From: Nibricoccus sp.
GTDB taxonomy: Bacteria > Verrucomicrobiota > Verrucomicrobiia > Opitutales > Opitutaceae
NCBI GenBank assembly: GCA_047602425.1
Contig: JASGHG010000001.1
Span: 4,384,001 to 4,448,000 of the forward strand
Direction of reading: 5' to 3'
Length of the DNA: 64,000 bases
Numbering within the stretch: position 1 is the stretch's first letter; each line of letters starts with the position of its first letter. The translations under genes and the position numbers were made by a program. Positions 37,868-50,529 of this stretch are shown here, piece after piece. A model generated the notes under the pieces. It was not told the origin of the DNA. It saw only the letters and a list, made by a program, of their open reading frames with translations, and did not search any database.

Positions 37868-38905
37868 TTATTTTGCGCTGTACATCGCCACGAGAGCGGC
37901 GCCGATTGCCTGGGAAAGTTCACCGAGGGAAGCGGCGACGATTTTCATGCGGGCGCGCTGTGCGGGAAAGAGATAGGGAGCGGCCGCCTCGCGCATCAGG
38001 CGCAGGTAGCGTTCGCGGAATTCCGGCGTGGTGGCTTCGGGGTCGATCAAACCGCCACCGATAATGACATAGCCAGGATCGAGCGCCATCGCGAGATTGG
38101 CGATGTGGAGGCCCATGGCACGGGCTTGGAAATCGAAAATTTCGAGCGCGAGGGCATCGCCTTTTTGCGCGCGGGTGCGAAGCGAAAGAACTTTTTCTTT
38201 GATCGGCGCGGTCGATTTCGCGAGCTCGTGATCGGGAAATTTTTTCAATGTATCCTCGAGCAGCTGAGGCAGGCCGGAAATGGTCGTGTAGGCTTCGACG
38301 CACCCCCAATCGCGGCCGCAACCGCACTTGTACGGACGGATACCGCCGAGCAGGTGCAGAGGCGCCGGCATGTGCGCGGCTTCCATTCCGGCGAGCGTGT
38401 CGCCGTCGAGCGGCAGACCGTTTTGATCCATGAAGGCGCAACCGAGACCCGAGCCAGGGGCGAGCATGAGGACGGAGGCTTTGCTCTTACCGCGGACTTG
38501 ATTGGCTTCGCCGACGCCGCCGAAGTTGCCGTCGTTGCCGACGACGAGCGGGATGGCGCGTCCGGCTGCGACGGCCAGGGCGGCCGCGTAGTCGGCGTGA
38601 AAATTCCATCCTTCGAAACTGGCGGGCAGGTTGGCAGTGCGTTCGAGCACGCCATAGCTCTTGTAAGGTCCGGGAATGGCGAGGCCGACGCCACGGACGT
38701 TGGCCCAAGTGAGTTGATGTTCGGCAAGAAAATCGACGGCGCCTTGTATCCAACCTTTCACGACAGCCTCACGACCGGCCTGGGAGTTGGTGGTAGTTTG
38801 TAGAAGTTTGTGTGAGACGATGGAGCCGTCGCGGGCCCAGATGCCGCCGGTCTTGGAAGTGGTGGCGCCGCTGTCGGTGCCGATAAAAACGTCTTTGCTG
38901 CTCAT
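37868..38905 (-). CDS. ROK-family sugar kinase
   Basis: IGTDSGAT, GLAIPG, GNDGN, GSGLG, EAAH, CGCG..GCVEAY, IIGGGL. Confidence 0.88.
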   Translation of the reverse strand: MSSKDVFIGTDSGATTSKTGGIWARDGSIVSHKLLQTTTNSQAGREAVVKGWIQGAVDFLAEHQLTWANVRGVGLAIPGPYKSYGVLERTANLPASFEGWNFHADYAAALAVAAGRAIPLVVGNDGNFGGVGEANQVRGKSKASVLMLAPGSGLGCAFMDQNGLPLDGDTLAGMEAAHMPAPLHLLGGIRPYKCGCGRDWGCVEAYTTISGLPQLLEDTLKKFPDHELAKSTAPIKEKVLSLRTRAQKGDALALEIFDFQARAMGLHIANLAMALDPGYVIIGGGLIDPEATTPEFRERYLRLMREAAAPYLFPAQRARMKIVAASLGELSQAIGAALVAMYSAK

Positions 38906-39221
38906 GGAGAAAAAGGAGACAGGGTGTGGGCGAAGGGCAAAAATGACACGCTTAGAGGACTCTTACGTTAGAGCAATGCCGCGATCTTACGATGTTTAGC
39001 TTCAGGGCCGATGGAGAACTTTTTCAGGAACGTTTCGAATTCGCGCCTGCCTGATTTTGACGTATTGCGCGGCGAAATATTCGAGCGATTTCTTTTGGCG
39101 ATTCGCACATCGCTGGAGTTTTTGGCGTTGTCGAAATGGATTCTGCGCTGCACCCCGATAGACGGTCGGAATTCAAAAACGCATGCCCGACAAAAAGGGA
39201 GAACGCTTCAAGGCAGCTCGT

Positions 39222-39794
39222 TTACGCGGACGGAGGTGCCGGTTCTTTGGGTGCGGGATTTTTGAACGAGTACCAGAGGTAGATGCCGACTCCGATACAG
39301 ATGCCGCAATCGGCAATATTAAACGTGGGGTAGACGTAGCTGCCGAAGTGGAAGTCGAGGAAATCGATCACGTGTTTGTAGACGAGGCGGTCGAGAAGAT
39401 TGCCGACAATGCCGCCACAAAGCAGACCGAAACTGATCTGCACGGTTTTCACGCGAAGACCGAGGGAGTGTCGCCAGAAAAAGATCGCGGTGAGTGTCGT
39501 GAGTGCGAGCAACGCGAGGATGGTACTCTTGCCGGTGAACAGGCTCCACGCGGCACCGGTGTTGCCGACGTGCACGAGGTTGAAAAATCCCGGTATTATC
39601 GGGATATGGTGCGGTGGTCCGTAGGTGCCGGTTTGCAGGGTGCTGACGATCAGAAATTTTGTTATCTGATCGAGCATGAACACACTGACCGCCAGGCTGA
39701 GCAGCCAGCGGTAGGCGAAAATACGTTGTAGCCTCGGTGCCGGGGCGGCGCCGTTGTCGGTTGAAGCAGGAGGAAGGGAGCTGATTTCGCTCAC
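39222..39794 (-). CDS. lspA: Lipoprotein signal peptidase II
   Basis: LDQITK, NTGAAWSL, GGIVGNLLDR, VIDFLD, TFNIAD. Confidence 0.95.
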   Translation of the reverse strand: MSEISSLPPASTDNGAAPAPRLQRIFAYRWLLSLAVSVFMLDQITKFLIVSTLQTGTYGPPHHIPIIPGFFNLVHVGNTGAAWSLFTGKSTILALLALTTLTAIFFWRHSLGLRVKTVQISFGLLCGGIVGNLLDRLVYKHVIDFLDFHFGSYVYPTFNIADCGICIGVGIYLWYSFKNPAPKEPAPPSA

Positions 39795-40792
39795 TCGTCG
39801 TCGCCGCCGGCGTCCTCGATCTTCGCGCCGTCTTCGCCGAGTTCGCCGAAGAGGCCGGCCGAGGAGCGAGTGCGCATGCGATTGCGTTCAATTTCCTTTT
39901 GGGCTTCGGCGGAGTAGCGAGTGAAGGGGACGGCGGAGAGACGTTCCTTGGCGATGGGTTTGCCAGTGATTTCGCAGGTGCCGTAGGAGCCTTCTTTGAT
40001 GCGTTTGATTGCGGCATCGATTTCCGTCAGGGCTTCCTGTTCGCTCGAGACGAGGCTGAGCGCGAAGTCGCGATCAAAGGTGTCGGTGCCGGCATCGGCC
40101 ATGTGCTGACCGTAACTGGAAAGATCGCCGGCGTCGTCTTTAGCGGAACGTTTGAGTGTTTCCTCGCTGTGGAGCGTGATGCCCTCTGTGAGATGGGTGC
40201 GGAGATCGATCAGGAGTTTATAGTAGCGGCGGAATTTTTCCGGGATGCTTTCAAGGTCGACTTCCATGGGCGGCTTGGTGGCGCGCTTGGGATTGAAACC
40301 AAGAATATCGGTCAGCGAGGCGGCCTTCACATGGTGAGGCTGGACGGGCTTGGCCGTTTTGGTGACATCGATTGTCTTGGGTTGTGTTTTAACGACGGAG
40401 GCCGGTTTGGCCTTGGAGGCATCGGAACTTTCCGGGGCTTTGGCGACGGTCTTGGCGATTTCGCGGACTTCATCGAGCGAGAAAGCGATGGGCTTTGAGG
40501 CCTTTTTGCTTCCAAGAATGCGGTTGCGGAGGAGTTCGCGGGCGGACTCCTTCTTGTCGTTGGCGGCGGATTTTTTGTTGTCGGAGGAAGGCACTGAAGG
40601 TTTGGGCTTCGGAGTTTCAGCTGATGCTGGTTTTGGTGTGGGAGCCGGTTTTGGCGCGGGCTTTTTCGCGGGGGCGGCAACAGCTTTTTTTGGGCCAGAT
40701 TCTTTGGGCGCGACCTTTTTGGCGGCGGGCGCAGCTTTTTTCGGGGCGGGCTTCTTAGCAGCTTGGGGCTTGGATTTTTTTTGCTTAGCCAT
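39791..40792 (-). CDS. TraR/DksA-family protein with long Lys/Ala/Pro-rich N-terminal extension
   Basis: QHMADAGTD, IDAAIKRIKEGSYGTCEITGKPIAKERLSAVPF. Confidence 0.85.
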   Translation of the reverse strand: MAKQKKSKPQAAKKPAPKKAAPAAKKVAPKESGPKKAVAAPAKKPAPKPAPTPKPASAETPKPKPSVPSSDNKKSAANDKKESARELLRNRILGSKKASKPIAFSLDEVREIAKTVAKAPESSDASKAKPASVVKTQPKTIDVTKTAKPVQPHHVKAASLTDILGFNPKRATKPPMEVDLESIPEKFRRYYKLLIDLRTHLTEGITLHSEETLKRSAKDDAGDLSSYGQHMADAGTDTFDRDFALSLVSSEQEALTEIDAAIKRIKEGSYGTCEITGKPIAKERLSAVPFTRYSAEAQKEIERNRMRTRSSAGLFGELGEDGAKIEDAGGDDE

Positions 40793-40825
40793 GTTAGATC
40801 GGATGGGGGTTTCGAAAGTTAAGGC

Positions 40826-43693
40826 CTATGATTTCAACGCCTCGGCGCAACGTGGACACACGTCAGCATGAGGTGTTTTCTCCACCGCGGGCACCCAGCG
40901 CCAGCAACGCGGGCAACGGGTATGTCCGAGTTCCTGAGAAGGGCGTACGTTGATGGTGAAAGAGGTCACAGATGCCGAGGAGATTCCGACATGCGAAACG
41001 ATAAAGAGCTCCGGCAAAAATTCCCGGTGCTTTTCTAGGAGTTTCGACGTGGCGGTGTCGGCGGTGGGAACTTCGAGCGTGAGGGCGGCATCGAGGGACT
41101 TGCCCAGTTTACCGGCGGCGCGGTGCGGTTCGATGGCTTCGTTGACCTGCGCGCGGATTTTCAGGAGCGCGGCAACGTCGGCGTCGAGTTCGGGATTGGT
41201 CCAAGCCGCGGGAGCTTCGGGCCAGTCCTGAAGGTGGATGGAGTCCTGCGCGTACTCGGACTTGGCGGTGCCAAACGACCAGGCTTCGTCCGCGGTGAAC
41301 GTGATGATTGGCGCGAGGATTTTAACCAGCGCTTGGAAAATGGCGTGAATGGCAGTCTGCGACGACCGACGAAGCGGGCTGTGTGTGCCGTGGGTGTAGA
41401 GACGATCCTTCAGGATGTCGTGATAAACGGCTGAGAGCGTCGTCGAGCAGAAATGATTGCACAGCTGATACACGCGGTGAAATTCATACGCGTCGTAAGC
41501 GGCGGTGCATTCTTTGATTAGCGTGGCAGTGTGATGGAGAGCCCAGCGGTCGAGCGTGTCCATTTCTTCGACCGGTACGGCGTCGCGCGCGGGCTCGAAA
41601 TCGAACAAGTTCGAGAGCTGATAACGGAAGGTGTTTCGCAGGAGACGATAGGCTTCGGCGACGATGTTGAGGATGCTCGACGGGTCTTTAAGATCCTTGT
41701 CGAGATCGGAGACGCGGATGTCGTCGGTGAAATTCTGCGAGGAAATCCAGAGGCGAATAACATCGGCCCCGTACTGCGCGATGTAATTGTCGGACGTCGG
41801 CGGTTTCTCGTACTGGCCGGACTTCGAGATTTTTTTGCCGTCCTTGCCGACAATGAAACCATGGGTGAGCACGCGTTTGTAAGGCGCGCCGCCTTGGGCG
41901 ATGACGCCGGTCCAGAGTGAAGACTGGAACCAGCCGCGATGCTGGTCGCTGCCCTCGAGATAAAGATCCGCGGGCCACTGGGTGCCGCCCTGGCCGCGTT
42001 TGAGAACCGCAGCATGTGACGAACCAGAGTCTATCCACACGTCGAGCGTGTCGCGGCCGCAGGTGAGGGCGGAAGCCGCGGGCCAGCCGGCGGGAAGGGC
42101 GATGCCTTCGAGGATTTGTGCGGCATTGGCGTTGTACCAGAAGTTGGTGCCTTGCTTTTCGATCTTGGCGGCAACGGTGCGAACGACCGACGCGTCAAGA
42201 TAGGCGTTTTTCTTTTCGTCGTAGAATGCGATGATCGGCACGCCCCAGGAACGTTGGCGGCTGATGCACCAATCGGGACGCGATTCGACAGCGCCACGAA
42301 TGCGGGATTCACCCCAGGCGGGGATCCACGCGACCTTGCCGATGGCGTCGAGGGCGGAGGTGCGCGTTCCGCTTTTGTCGAGCGAGACGAACCACTGGTC
42401 AACGGCACGGAAAATAATCGGCGTCTTCGAACGCCAGCAATGCGGATAGCTGTGCGTGAGTTTGGCCTTCGCGAGCAAGGCGCCGGCGGCGTCGAGTTTT
42501 TTGAGGACGGCGACGTTGGCGGCGGAGGTGCGTTTCTTTTCGAGATCCTCGACGGACTCGAGGCAGCTCAAGCCAACCAAATCGGCGGGGACTTTTCCAT
42601 CGTCGACGTATTTGCCATCGTCGCCCACGGGGCAGTAGATCTCGAGTTTGTACTTGAGACCGGTGATGTAGTCCTCGGAACCGTGGCCCGGAGCGGTGTG
42701 CACACAGCCGGTGCCGCTGTCGGTAGTGACATATTCGGCAAGGACAACCGGCGATGCGCGGTCGATGAAAGGATGGCGCGGGGCCAAGCCTTCGAGCTTT
42801 GCGCCAGCCAAGGTGGTGAGGATCGCAGGCTGCGTTTCGGATTTCGCGGCGGTGAGTACGGAACTCAGCAACGGATGGGCGACGATGATGCGCTCGGCGC
42901 CGAGGTCGGCGACGACGTATTCAACTTCTGGATGCACCGCAATCGCGAGATTGGCGGGAATCGTCCATGGCGTTGTCGTCCAGATAACGACGAAGAGCGG
43001 CTTGTCGGCGGGCAGGCCGAATTTTTTCGCTTCGTCCTCCGGCACGCGGAATTTCACCCAGATCGATGGCGAGACGTGGTCTTTGTATTCGATCTCGGCT
43101 TCGGCAAGGGCGGTTTCAAATGGGATGGACCAGTAAACGGGTTTCTTAGAACGGTAGACCAGACCTTTTTCGACAAACGCGGCGAAGGTACGGATGATAT
43201 CGGCTTCGTACGCGGGGGCTTTGGTTTTGTATTCCGAGGCCCAGTCGGCGAGCACGCCGAGACGCTTGAATTGCTTGGTTTGGGTCTTGATCCAGGTTTC
43301 GGAAAACTCGTCGCACAGGGTGCGCATCTCGGCCGTCGAGAGCGTTTTCTTTTCGGCCTGCAATTGGCGCATGACCTTTTGTTCGATCGGCAGACCGTGG
43401 CAGTCCCAGCCGGGAACGTATGGCGTGCGGAAGCCGCGCATGGATTTATAGCGAAGGACGATGTCCTTGAGCGTCTTGTTCAGCGCGGTGCCAATGTGCA
43501 CGTCGCCGTTGGTAAACGGCGGGCCGTCGTGGAGAACGAAAGCGGGAGCGGCGGCGCGTTTCTTTTGGATGGCAGCATAGAGTCCCAGCTTCTCCCAATG
43601 CGCCTGCCGGGCGGGTTCGCGTCCCACGAGGTTGGCCCTCATTGGGAAATCAGTTTTAGGAAGCTGAAGTGTGTCTTTCAGGTCTTGCGCCAT
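40826..43693 (-). CDS. ileS: Isoleucine-tRNA ligase
   Basis: LHDGPPFTNG, PGWDCHGLPIE, WTTTPWT, HTAPGHG, EGSDQHRGWF, KISKS, C-terminal CPRCW..CPRC. Confidence 0.97.
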   Translation of the reverse strand: MAQDLKDTLQLPKTDFPMRANLVGREPARQAHWEKLGLYAAIQKKRAAAPAFVLHDGPPFTNGDVHIGTALNKTLKDIVLRYKSMRGFRTPYVPGWDCHGLPIEQKVMRQLQAEKKTLSTAEMRTLCDEFSETWIKTQTKQFKRLGVLADWASEYKTKAPAYEADIIRTFAAFVEKGLVYRSKKPVYWSIPFETALAEAEIEYKDHVSPSIWVKFRVPEDEAKKFGLPADKPLFVVIWTTTPWTIPANLAIAVHPEVEYVVADLGAERIIVAHPLLSSVLTAAKSETQPAILTTLAGAKLEGLAPRHPFIDRASPVVLAEYVTTDSGTGCVHTAPGHGSEDYITGLKYKLEIYCPVGDDGKYVDDGKVPADLVGLSCLESVEDLEKKRTSAANVAVLKKLDAAGALLAKAKLTHSYPHCWRSKTPIIFRAVDQWFVSLDKSGTRTSALDAIGKVAWIPAWGESRIRGAVESRPDWCISRQRSWGVPIIAFYDEKKNAYLDASVVRTVAAKIEKQGTNFWYNANAAQILEGIALPAGWPAASALTCGRDTLDVWIDSGSSHAAVLKRGQGGTQWPADLYLEGSDQHRGWFQSSLWTGVIAQGGAPYKRVLTHGFIVGKDGKKISKSGQYEKPPTSDNYIAQYGADVIRLWISSQNFTDDIRVSDLDKDLKDPSSILNIVAEAYRLLRNTFRYQLSNLFDFEPARDAVPVEEMDTLDRWALHHTATLIKECTAAYDAYEFHRVYQLCNHFCSTTLSAVYHDILKDRLYTHGTHSPLRRSSQTAIHAIFQALVKILAPIITFTADEAWSFGTAKSEYAQDSIHLQDWPEAPAAWTNPELDADVAALLKIRAQVNEAIEPHRAAGKLGKSLDAALTLEVPTADTATSKLLEKHREFLPELFIVSHVGISSASVTSFTINVRPSQELGHTRCPRCWRWVPAVEKTPHADVCPRCAEALKS

Positions 43694-43851
43694 GCCAAAG
43701 AAAAGCGCGGAAGGCTATGCAGGTACCCCCTTGAGTCAAGGGAAGACGTTGGCAGGGTTTGCGAGTGGCTTTGGCCGGAATTGAGGCATTCGCAACCGAG
43801 CCCAATGGGGACTGCGTCCCACGGCGAACGGGTCAGGTCGCTGCGGGTCGA

Positions 43852-44880
43852 CTATTTCCAGCTTGTAACCGTGTCGACGAGGGACTGCATGCACTCGATT
43901 TTGGCGGCGGGAGTGATGCCGTGACCGAGATTGAAGATGTGGCCATTGGTTCCCCGCATCGAATCGAGCAGGCGACTGGTTGCAGAGCGGACGATACCCG
44001 GCGTCGTTTGCATGAGCACGGGATCAAGATTGCCCTGAACGGCGACGTTCGCGGGCAGGTTGCGGCGGACAATAGCGAGATCGCAGGTCCAGTCGACGCT
44101 GATGACTTTCACGCCAGAAAACGCCTGGTCGGTGAGTTGCGCGGCCGTGCCTTTTGCGTAAAGAATGACCGGAAAATCCTTCGGTAAGGCAGCAACAATT
44201 TGCCGTATCCAACGCAGCGACGCCGCTTCGTAGTCTGGCCCGGCGAGAATGCCGCCCCAGGAATCGAAAATCTGAATCGCGTCGGCTCCCGCGCGGATTT
44301 GCATCTGAAAGTAGGCGATGAGCGCAGCGGTGAGTTTTTCGAGCAGCGCGTCGAAGGTGGCGCGTTCGGTATAAAAGAGCAGTTTGCTGCGTTCGAAATC
44401 GTCGGAGCTTCCTCCCTCGATCATATAGGTGGCGAGCGTCCAAGGGGAACCACCGAATCCCAACAAGGCTTTCTGCCTGGACAGTTCTTTTTTGAGCAGG
44501 GCGAGTGTTTCGGCGACGTAATTCAACCGTTCGGGCACCGCGTTGGCGGGAGCCAGGGCGTCGACTTGCGCACGGGTTTCCAAGCGATAGGCCATCGCGA
44601 TGCCGCCGGTGTCGCGGAACGTGTAGGCCTGGCCGAGTGCCTCGGGAATCACGAGGATGTCTGAAAAAAGAATGGCCGCATCGAGCGCGAAACGGTGCAG
44701 CGGTTGCAGGGTGACCTCGGTGGCGAGCGCGGGCGTTTTCACCATTTCGAGGAAGGACGACTTGGCTTTGAGCTCGCGATACTCGGGCAGGTAGCGGCCG
44801 GCTTGACGCATCACCCAGATCGGCGGGCGGTCGAGCGGTTGGCAGGCGGCGGCGGCGAGGAAACGTTCGCGAGAAGTCAT
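43852..44880 (-). CDS. hemE: Uroporphyrinogen decarboxylase
   Basis: PIWVMRQAGRYLPEY, AAILFSDIL, QIFDSW, QGNLDP, FNLGHG. Confidence 0.96.
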   Translation of the reverse strand: MTSRERFLAAAACQPLDRPPIWVMRQAGRYLPEYRELKAKSSFLEMVKTPALATEVTLQPLHRFALDAAILFSDILVIPEALGQAYTFRDTGGIAMAYRLETRAQVDALAPANAVPERLNYVAETLALLKKELSRQKALLGFGGSPWTLATYMIEGGSSDDFERSKLLFYTERATFDALLEKLTAALIAYFQMQIRAGADAIQIFDSWGGILAGPDYEAASLRWIRQIVAALPKDFPVILYAKGTAAQLTDQAFSGVKVISVDWTCDLAIVRRNLPANVAVQGNLDPVLMQTTPGIVRSATSRLLDSMRGTNGHIFNLGHGITPAAKIECMQSLVDTVTSWK

Positions 44881-44906
44881 TGAAGCAAGGAGACAGAAGT
44901 CAGGAG

Positions 44907-46816
<1,910 letters not shown>

Positions 46817-46823
46817 TTGGCCT

Positions 46824-47483
46824 CTAGATTACATCGACGGACGGTAACTCCAGCTTTGCGATCGCGGCCATGATGCGCTGCGAGCAAAGCAGATAACGCT
46901 CTTTGCCCGCCGACGGATCGTCGTAGTCCGACGGATAAAGCGGTTTCCCGTAAACGACGGACACGGGCGTGCCAAAGCGCACTTTGCCATCTTTGCCAAA
47001 CGCGCGAAAAGAGCCAAAAACGCGGGCGGGCACCACCGGCACCCCGGTGCGGCAGGCAAGCAGGCCCACACCTGGTTTGGCAGTCTGAAGATTGCCGTCG
47101 GTGGAACGGGTGCCTTCGGGAAAAAGGATGATGACCTTGTTGTTTTTTAGAGCACCCAGCACGCGCTTGATCGCAGTGACGTCAGTGCCACCGTCGCGGT
47201 CGACGGGAATGGTGCCCACGGCATTAAGCCACCAGGAGGCGAAGCCGGGTTTCCAAAGGGTTTTTCGGGCGAAAAAACAAACTTGTTGGGAAATCAGACT
47301 GCCAACGATCGGAGGATCGAGGTGGCTGGCATGATTGGAGGCGATCATGAACCCGCCGTCAGCGGGAAGATTTTCCAGGCCGTAACTTTCGCCGCGGAAG
47401 AGCAGTTCGTAGAGCTGCCGCAGCACGTAGTGGGAGAAGCCATACATCGGCTCCATGTCCAGTTGGTCGTGAGGGCGGTTCAT
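46824..47483 (-). CDS. plsC: 1-acyl-sn-glycerol-3-phosphate acyltransferase
   Basis: NHASHLD, IPVDR, FPEGTRS, VPVVP. Confidence 0.88.
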   Translation of the reverse strand: MNRPHDQLDMEPMYGFSHYVLRQLYELLFRGESYGLENLPADGGFMIASNHASHLDPPIVGSLISQQVCFFARKTLWKPGFASWWLNAVGTIPVDRDGGTDVTAIKRVLGALKNNKVIILFPEGTRSTDGNLQTAKPGVGLLACRTGVPVVPARVFGSFRAFGKDGKVRFGTPVSVVYGKPLYPSDYDDPSAGKERYLLCSQRIMAAIAKLELPSVDVI

Positions 47484-48154
47484 GCGGAGGTGAGTCGGGT
47501 GCTGATAAGCGCGGACAATTTTTCAACAACCTGCGCCAAGGTCAAATGCGTGCTGTCAATGTCGGTGGCGCCAGCGGGGACGGTGAGTGGCGCGGTTTTG
47601 CGTTGCGAATCGAGGCGGTCGCGCTCGGCGATCTGGTCGGCCTGGCCTTGTTCGGCACGACGGCGAGCGCGTTCCTCGGGATCGGCGTGAAGGAAAAACC
47701 GGAAGTCGGCATTGGGAAAAATCACCGAACCAATATCCCGGCCTTCCATCACGAGGCCGCGAAAACCTTTTGCGCGGGCGACCTCGGCCTGGCCGCGCTG
47801 GTAGGCGAGGAGGGCGGCGCGCAATTCGGGAATGGCGGCGAAATGGGAGACGGCGGCGGTGACCTCGGCGCTGCGGATGCGGGCTTCAGGAACGACCTGG
47901 CCGCCGATTTCCATGAAAGCGGTGCGTCCTTCCACGCGTGTGCCAAGCGAAAGGTTCGTCAAAGCGGCTTTCACGGCGGTGTGATCGTGGCTTGCAACAC
48001 CGCGGGCGAGAAGTTCCGCCGTGACGGCGCGGTAAAACGAGCCGGTGTCGACGTGGAGCAGGTTGAAACGTTCGCTAATGGCGCGTGAAGTGGACGACTT
48101 GCCGGAGGCGGCGCCGCCATCGATGGCGACAATGATGAAAGAGGAGGAACTCAC
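47480..48154 (-). CDS. cmk: Cytidylate kinase
   Basis: AIDGGAASGKSS, DTGSFYRA, MEGRDIGSVIFP, RDRLDSQR. Confidence 0.94.
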   Translation of the reverse strand: MSSSSFIIVAIDGGAASGKSSTSRAISERFNLLHVDTGSFYRAVTAELLARGVASHDHTAVKAALTNLSLGTRVEGRTAFMEIGGQVVPEARIRSAEVTAAVSHFAAIPELRAALLAYQRGQAEVARAKGFRGLVMEGRDIGSVIFPNADFRFFLHADPEERARRRAEQGQADQIAERDRLDSQRKTAPLTVPAGATDIDSTHLTLAQVVEKLSALISTRLTSA

Positions 48155-49491
48155 GGAGAAAGGTGCGAAGTTGTCCGAAGCTCGTTCAAGACGTCGAAAA
48201 AGTTCGGGAAAGTCTTTTTGCAGCAGGCGGGATCCTTGATTGTGAGCCAGGGCCTACCATTGCCGAGCAAGTCGTAACAGCCAAGAATGGCGAAGCTCAT
48301 TGCGAAACGGTGATCGCCATAGGTTTCGATGGTGATACCGGGCGTGAGGGGGCGCGGATGGATTTCGAGTGAATCCTCGGTTTCGACGACGTCCTGGCCG
48401 AGTTTTCTCAATTCGCGCGCCATGCCGGCGACGCGGTCCGTCTCCTGTTTCCGTGTGTGGGCGATGCCGGAGATTTTCGTCGGTCCGTCGAGCAGCGGGG
48501 AAATCGCGGCAAGGGTGAGAAAGGTGTCGGAGAATTCGCGGAAATCGCGAACGAGACCGAAGCGTTTTGAAGTGGGGCTGTACGCCACTTGGATTGCACC
48601 TTCTGTCGCGCCGATTGTTGCGCCGACTTGTTCGAGCGCGGTGAGGAATTGGGTATCGCCTTGGAGGCCTTGCTTCGGAGCGGAAAGATTCGGGATGGAG
48701 ATTGCTCCGCCTACACCCAACGGCAGAGCGGCAAAATAGCTGGCTGCCGTAGCGTCAGGCTCGATGGCATAGGTTGCAGCTATGGAAAAACCGCTGCGTG
48801 GCACTTCAATGATATTTCCGGTACGCTGCAATTTGGCACTGAAGCCGAATTGCGTCATTTGGTTTATCGTCATCTCCACAAACGGCCAGCGAACCGCGCC
48901 GTTGAGTTTGATTTGCAGCGCCGAGGCCGCCAGCGGCGCAACCATCAGCAAGGCGGAAAGCATCTGGCTGCTCTCGCTGGCATCGATTTCGACTTCTCCG
49001 CCACGCAGGCCATGCGCGTGTAGTTCGATGGGAAAAAATCCTTTTTCGCCGAGATAGTTTATTTCCGCGCCCTGGCTGGCGAGCGCGTCGAAGAGACCTT
49101 TCATCGGCCGCTTGCGCATTTGCGGCACGCCGTCGATGAGATACACGCCGCGCGGGACCGCGGCGCAGAGGGCGGTGAGGAAGCGAGCGGCGGTGCCTGC
49201 GAGACCGACGTGGAGGGTGGCTTTTTCGGCGGGGATTTTTCCACCGCGGCCTTCGACGTAGATCGTTTTTTGCGTGGGGTTTTCCTTCACCACGAAGCCG
49301 AGTTGGCGCAAGGCCTCGGCCATGATCTCCGTGTCCTCGCTGAATAAGGCGCCAGTGAGCGTGACCGGACCATCGCAAAGGGCGGCAAGGAGCAGAGCGC
49401 GATTGGTGATGCTTTTCGATCCGGGCAAAGTCACAGAACCGCGCACCGGACGTGTGAAGGGCTGGATCGGAAGCAGGTCGGGCAAAGGCAT
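48151..49491 (-). CDS. aroA: EPSP synthase
   Basis: PGSKSITNRALL, AGTAARF, SSQMLSALL, ETDR, DHRFAM, KTFPNF. Confidence 0.95.
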   Translation of the reverse strand: MPLPDLLPIQPFTRPVRGSVTLPGSKSITNRALLLAALCDGPVTLTGALFSEDTEIMAEALRQLGFVVKENPTQKTIYVEGRGGKIPAEKATLHVGLAGTAARFLTALCAAVPRGVYLIDGVPQMRKRPMKGLFDALASQGAEINYLGEKGFFPIELHAHGLRGGEVEIDASESSQMLSALLMVAPLAASALQIKLNGAVRWPFVEMTINQMTQFGFSAKLQRTGNIIEVPRSGFSIAATYAIEPDATAASYFAALPLGVGGAISIPNLSAPKQGLQGDTQFLTALEQVGATIGATEGAIQVAYSPTSKRFGLVRDFREFSDTFLTLAAISPLLDGPTKISGIAHTRKQETDRVAGMARELRKLGQDVVETEDSLEIHPRPLTPGITIETYGDHRFAMSFAILGCYDLLGNGRPWLTIKDPACCKKTFPNFFDVLNELRTTSHLSP

Positions 49492-49680
49492 GGAAATGGA
49501 AACGATCTAGCTCATGCAAAGCTGCGGAGACGCCAAGAAAGAAGTGCCGGGAAATTTTTCCTGCCAGGCGTCTAGTTTCTCCGTTTTTGCCTTACGGAGC
49601 ATTTCGCAGAAAAACCTTTGTCACGTAATACATGACAAACGGTCGAGGTGGGTATGGGAGCGGGCCGCAGGGACGGGGTT

Positions 49681-50529
49681 TCAAATTTTGAAACCGTCGC
49701 GATAGGTTTTACCACGCGTGAGGCGTTTGTGGAGTTCGTCCCATTCGCGGTTGGCGAGGGCAGCTTGGAAACCTTCGAGTTCGTTTTGGAAATCGCGAAG
49801 GGAGCGGAGGAGTTCTTCGCGATTTTGTTGGAAAATCTCGATCCACATCGTGGCGTCGCTCGCCGCGATACGTGTCGTGTCGCGCAGTCCGCCACCGGCA
49901 AAATCGCGCCAGGCGGGGTTTCTTTGCGCGAGAAAACTACAGAGCGTGGTGGCGATGGACTGCGGAAGGTGACTGATGTGCGCGACGATTTCATCGTGTT
50001 CGTCGGGGGAAACGCGCACGACGTGGGAGCCAAGTGCACGCCAGAAGATGGAAACGGTTTCCGTGGCGGTGGCAGGTGTTTCGGGTAGCGGCGTGACGAA
50101 GCAGGTGCGTCCTTCAAAGAGAGTGTCGCTACTGTTTTCCCAACCGGTTTTCTGGCTGCCGGCCATGGGATGCGAGCCGATGAAGCTGGCGTGGGAAGGA
50201 ATAGCGGAGGCGCAGGCCCGGGTCAGTTGTCCTTTGACGCTCCCGACGTCAGTAACAATAGCGCCGGACGGCAGGGCGGGAGCGATGGTCCGGGCGAGAT
50301 CGACGATTTTTTCGACCGGAGCGGCGAGGACGACGAGGTTGGCGTTACGCACGGCTTCTTCGGGCGTGTCGGTGACTTGGGTGCACCAAGGTTGCGCGCG
50401 GAGTTGTTCACGGACTTCGGGGCGACGAGCCCAGATGACGATGCGGCGCGCCAGCTTGCGAGTGTGGACGGCGCGGGCAACGGAGCCTCCGAGCAGGCCG
50501 GGTGCGAGTAGGGTCAATTGTTCGAACAC
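49681..50529 (-). CDS. tyrA: Prephenate/arogenate dehydrogenase
   Basis: GLLGGS, TDVGSVK, GSHPMAG, HDEIVAHISHLP, RDTTRIAAS. Confidence 0.92.
   Translation of the reverse strand: MFEQLTLLAPGLLGGSVARAVHTRKLARRIVIWARRPEVREQLRAQPWCTQVTDTPEEAVRNANLVVLAAPVEKIVDLARTIAPALPSGAIVTDVGSVKGQLTRACASAIPSHASFIGSHPMAGSQKTGWENSSDTLFEGRTCFVTPLPETPATATETVSIFWRALGSHVVRVSPDEHDEIVAHISHLPQSIATTLCSFLAQRNPAWRDFAGGGLRDTTRIAASDATMWIEIFQQNREELLRSLRDFQNELEGFQAALANREWDELHKRLTRGKTYRDGFKI

Noticed and set aside
38968..39200. Possible small gene or periodic repeat between ROK and lspA
   Set aside because: No convincing motif, codon bias or period could be established by eye
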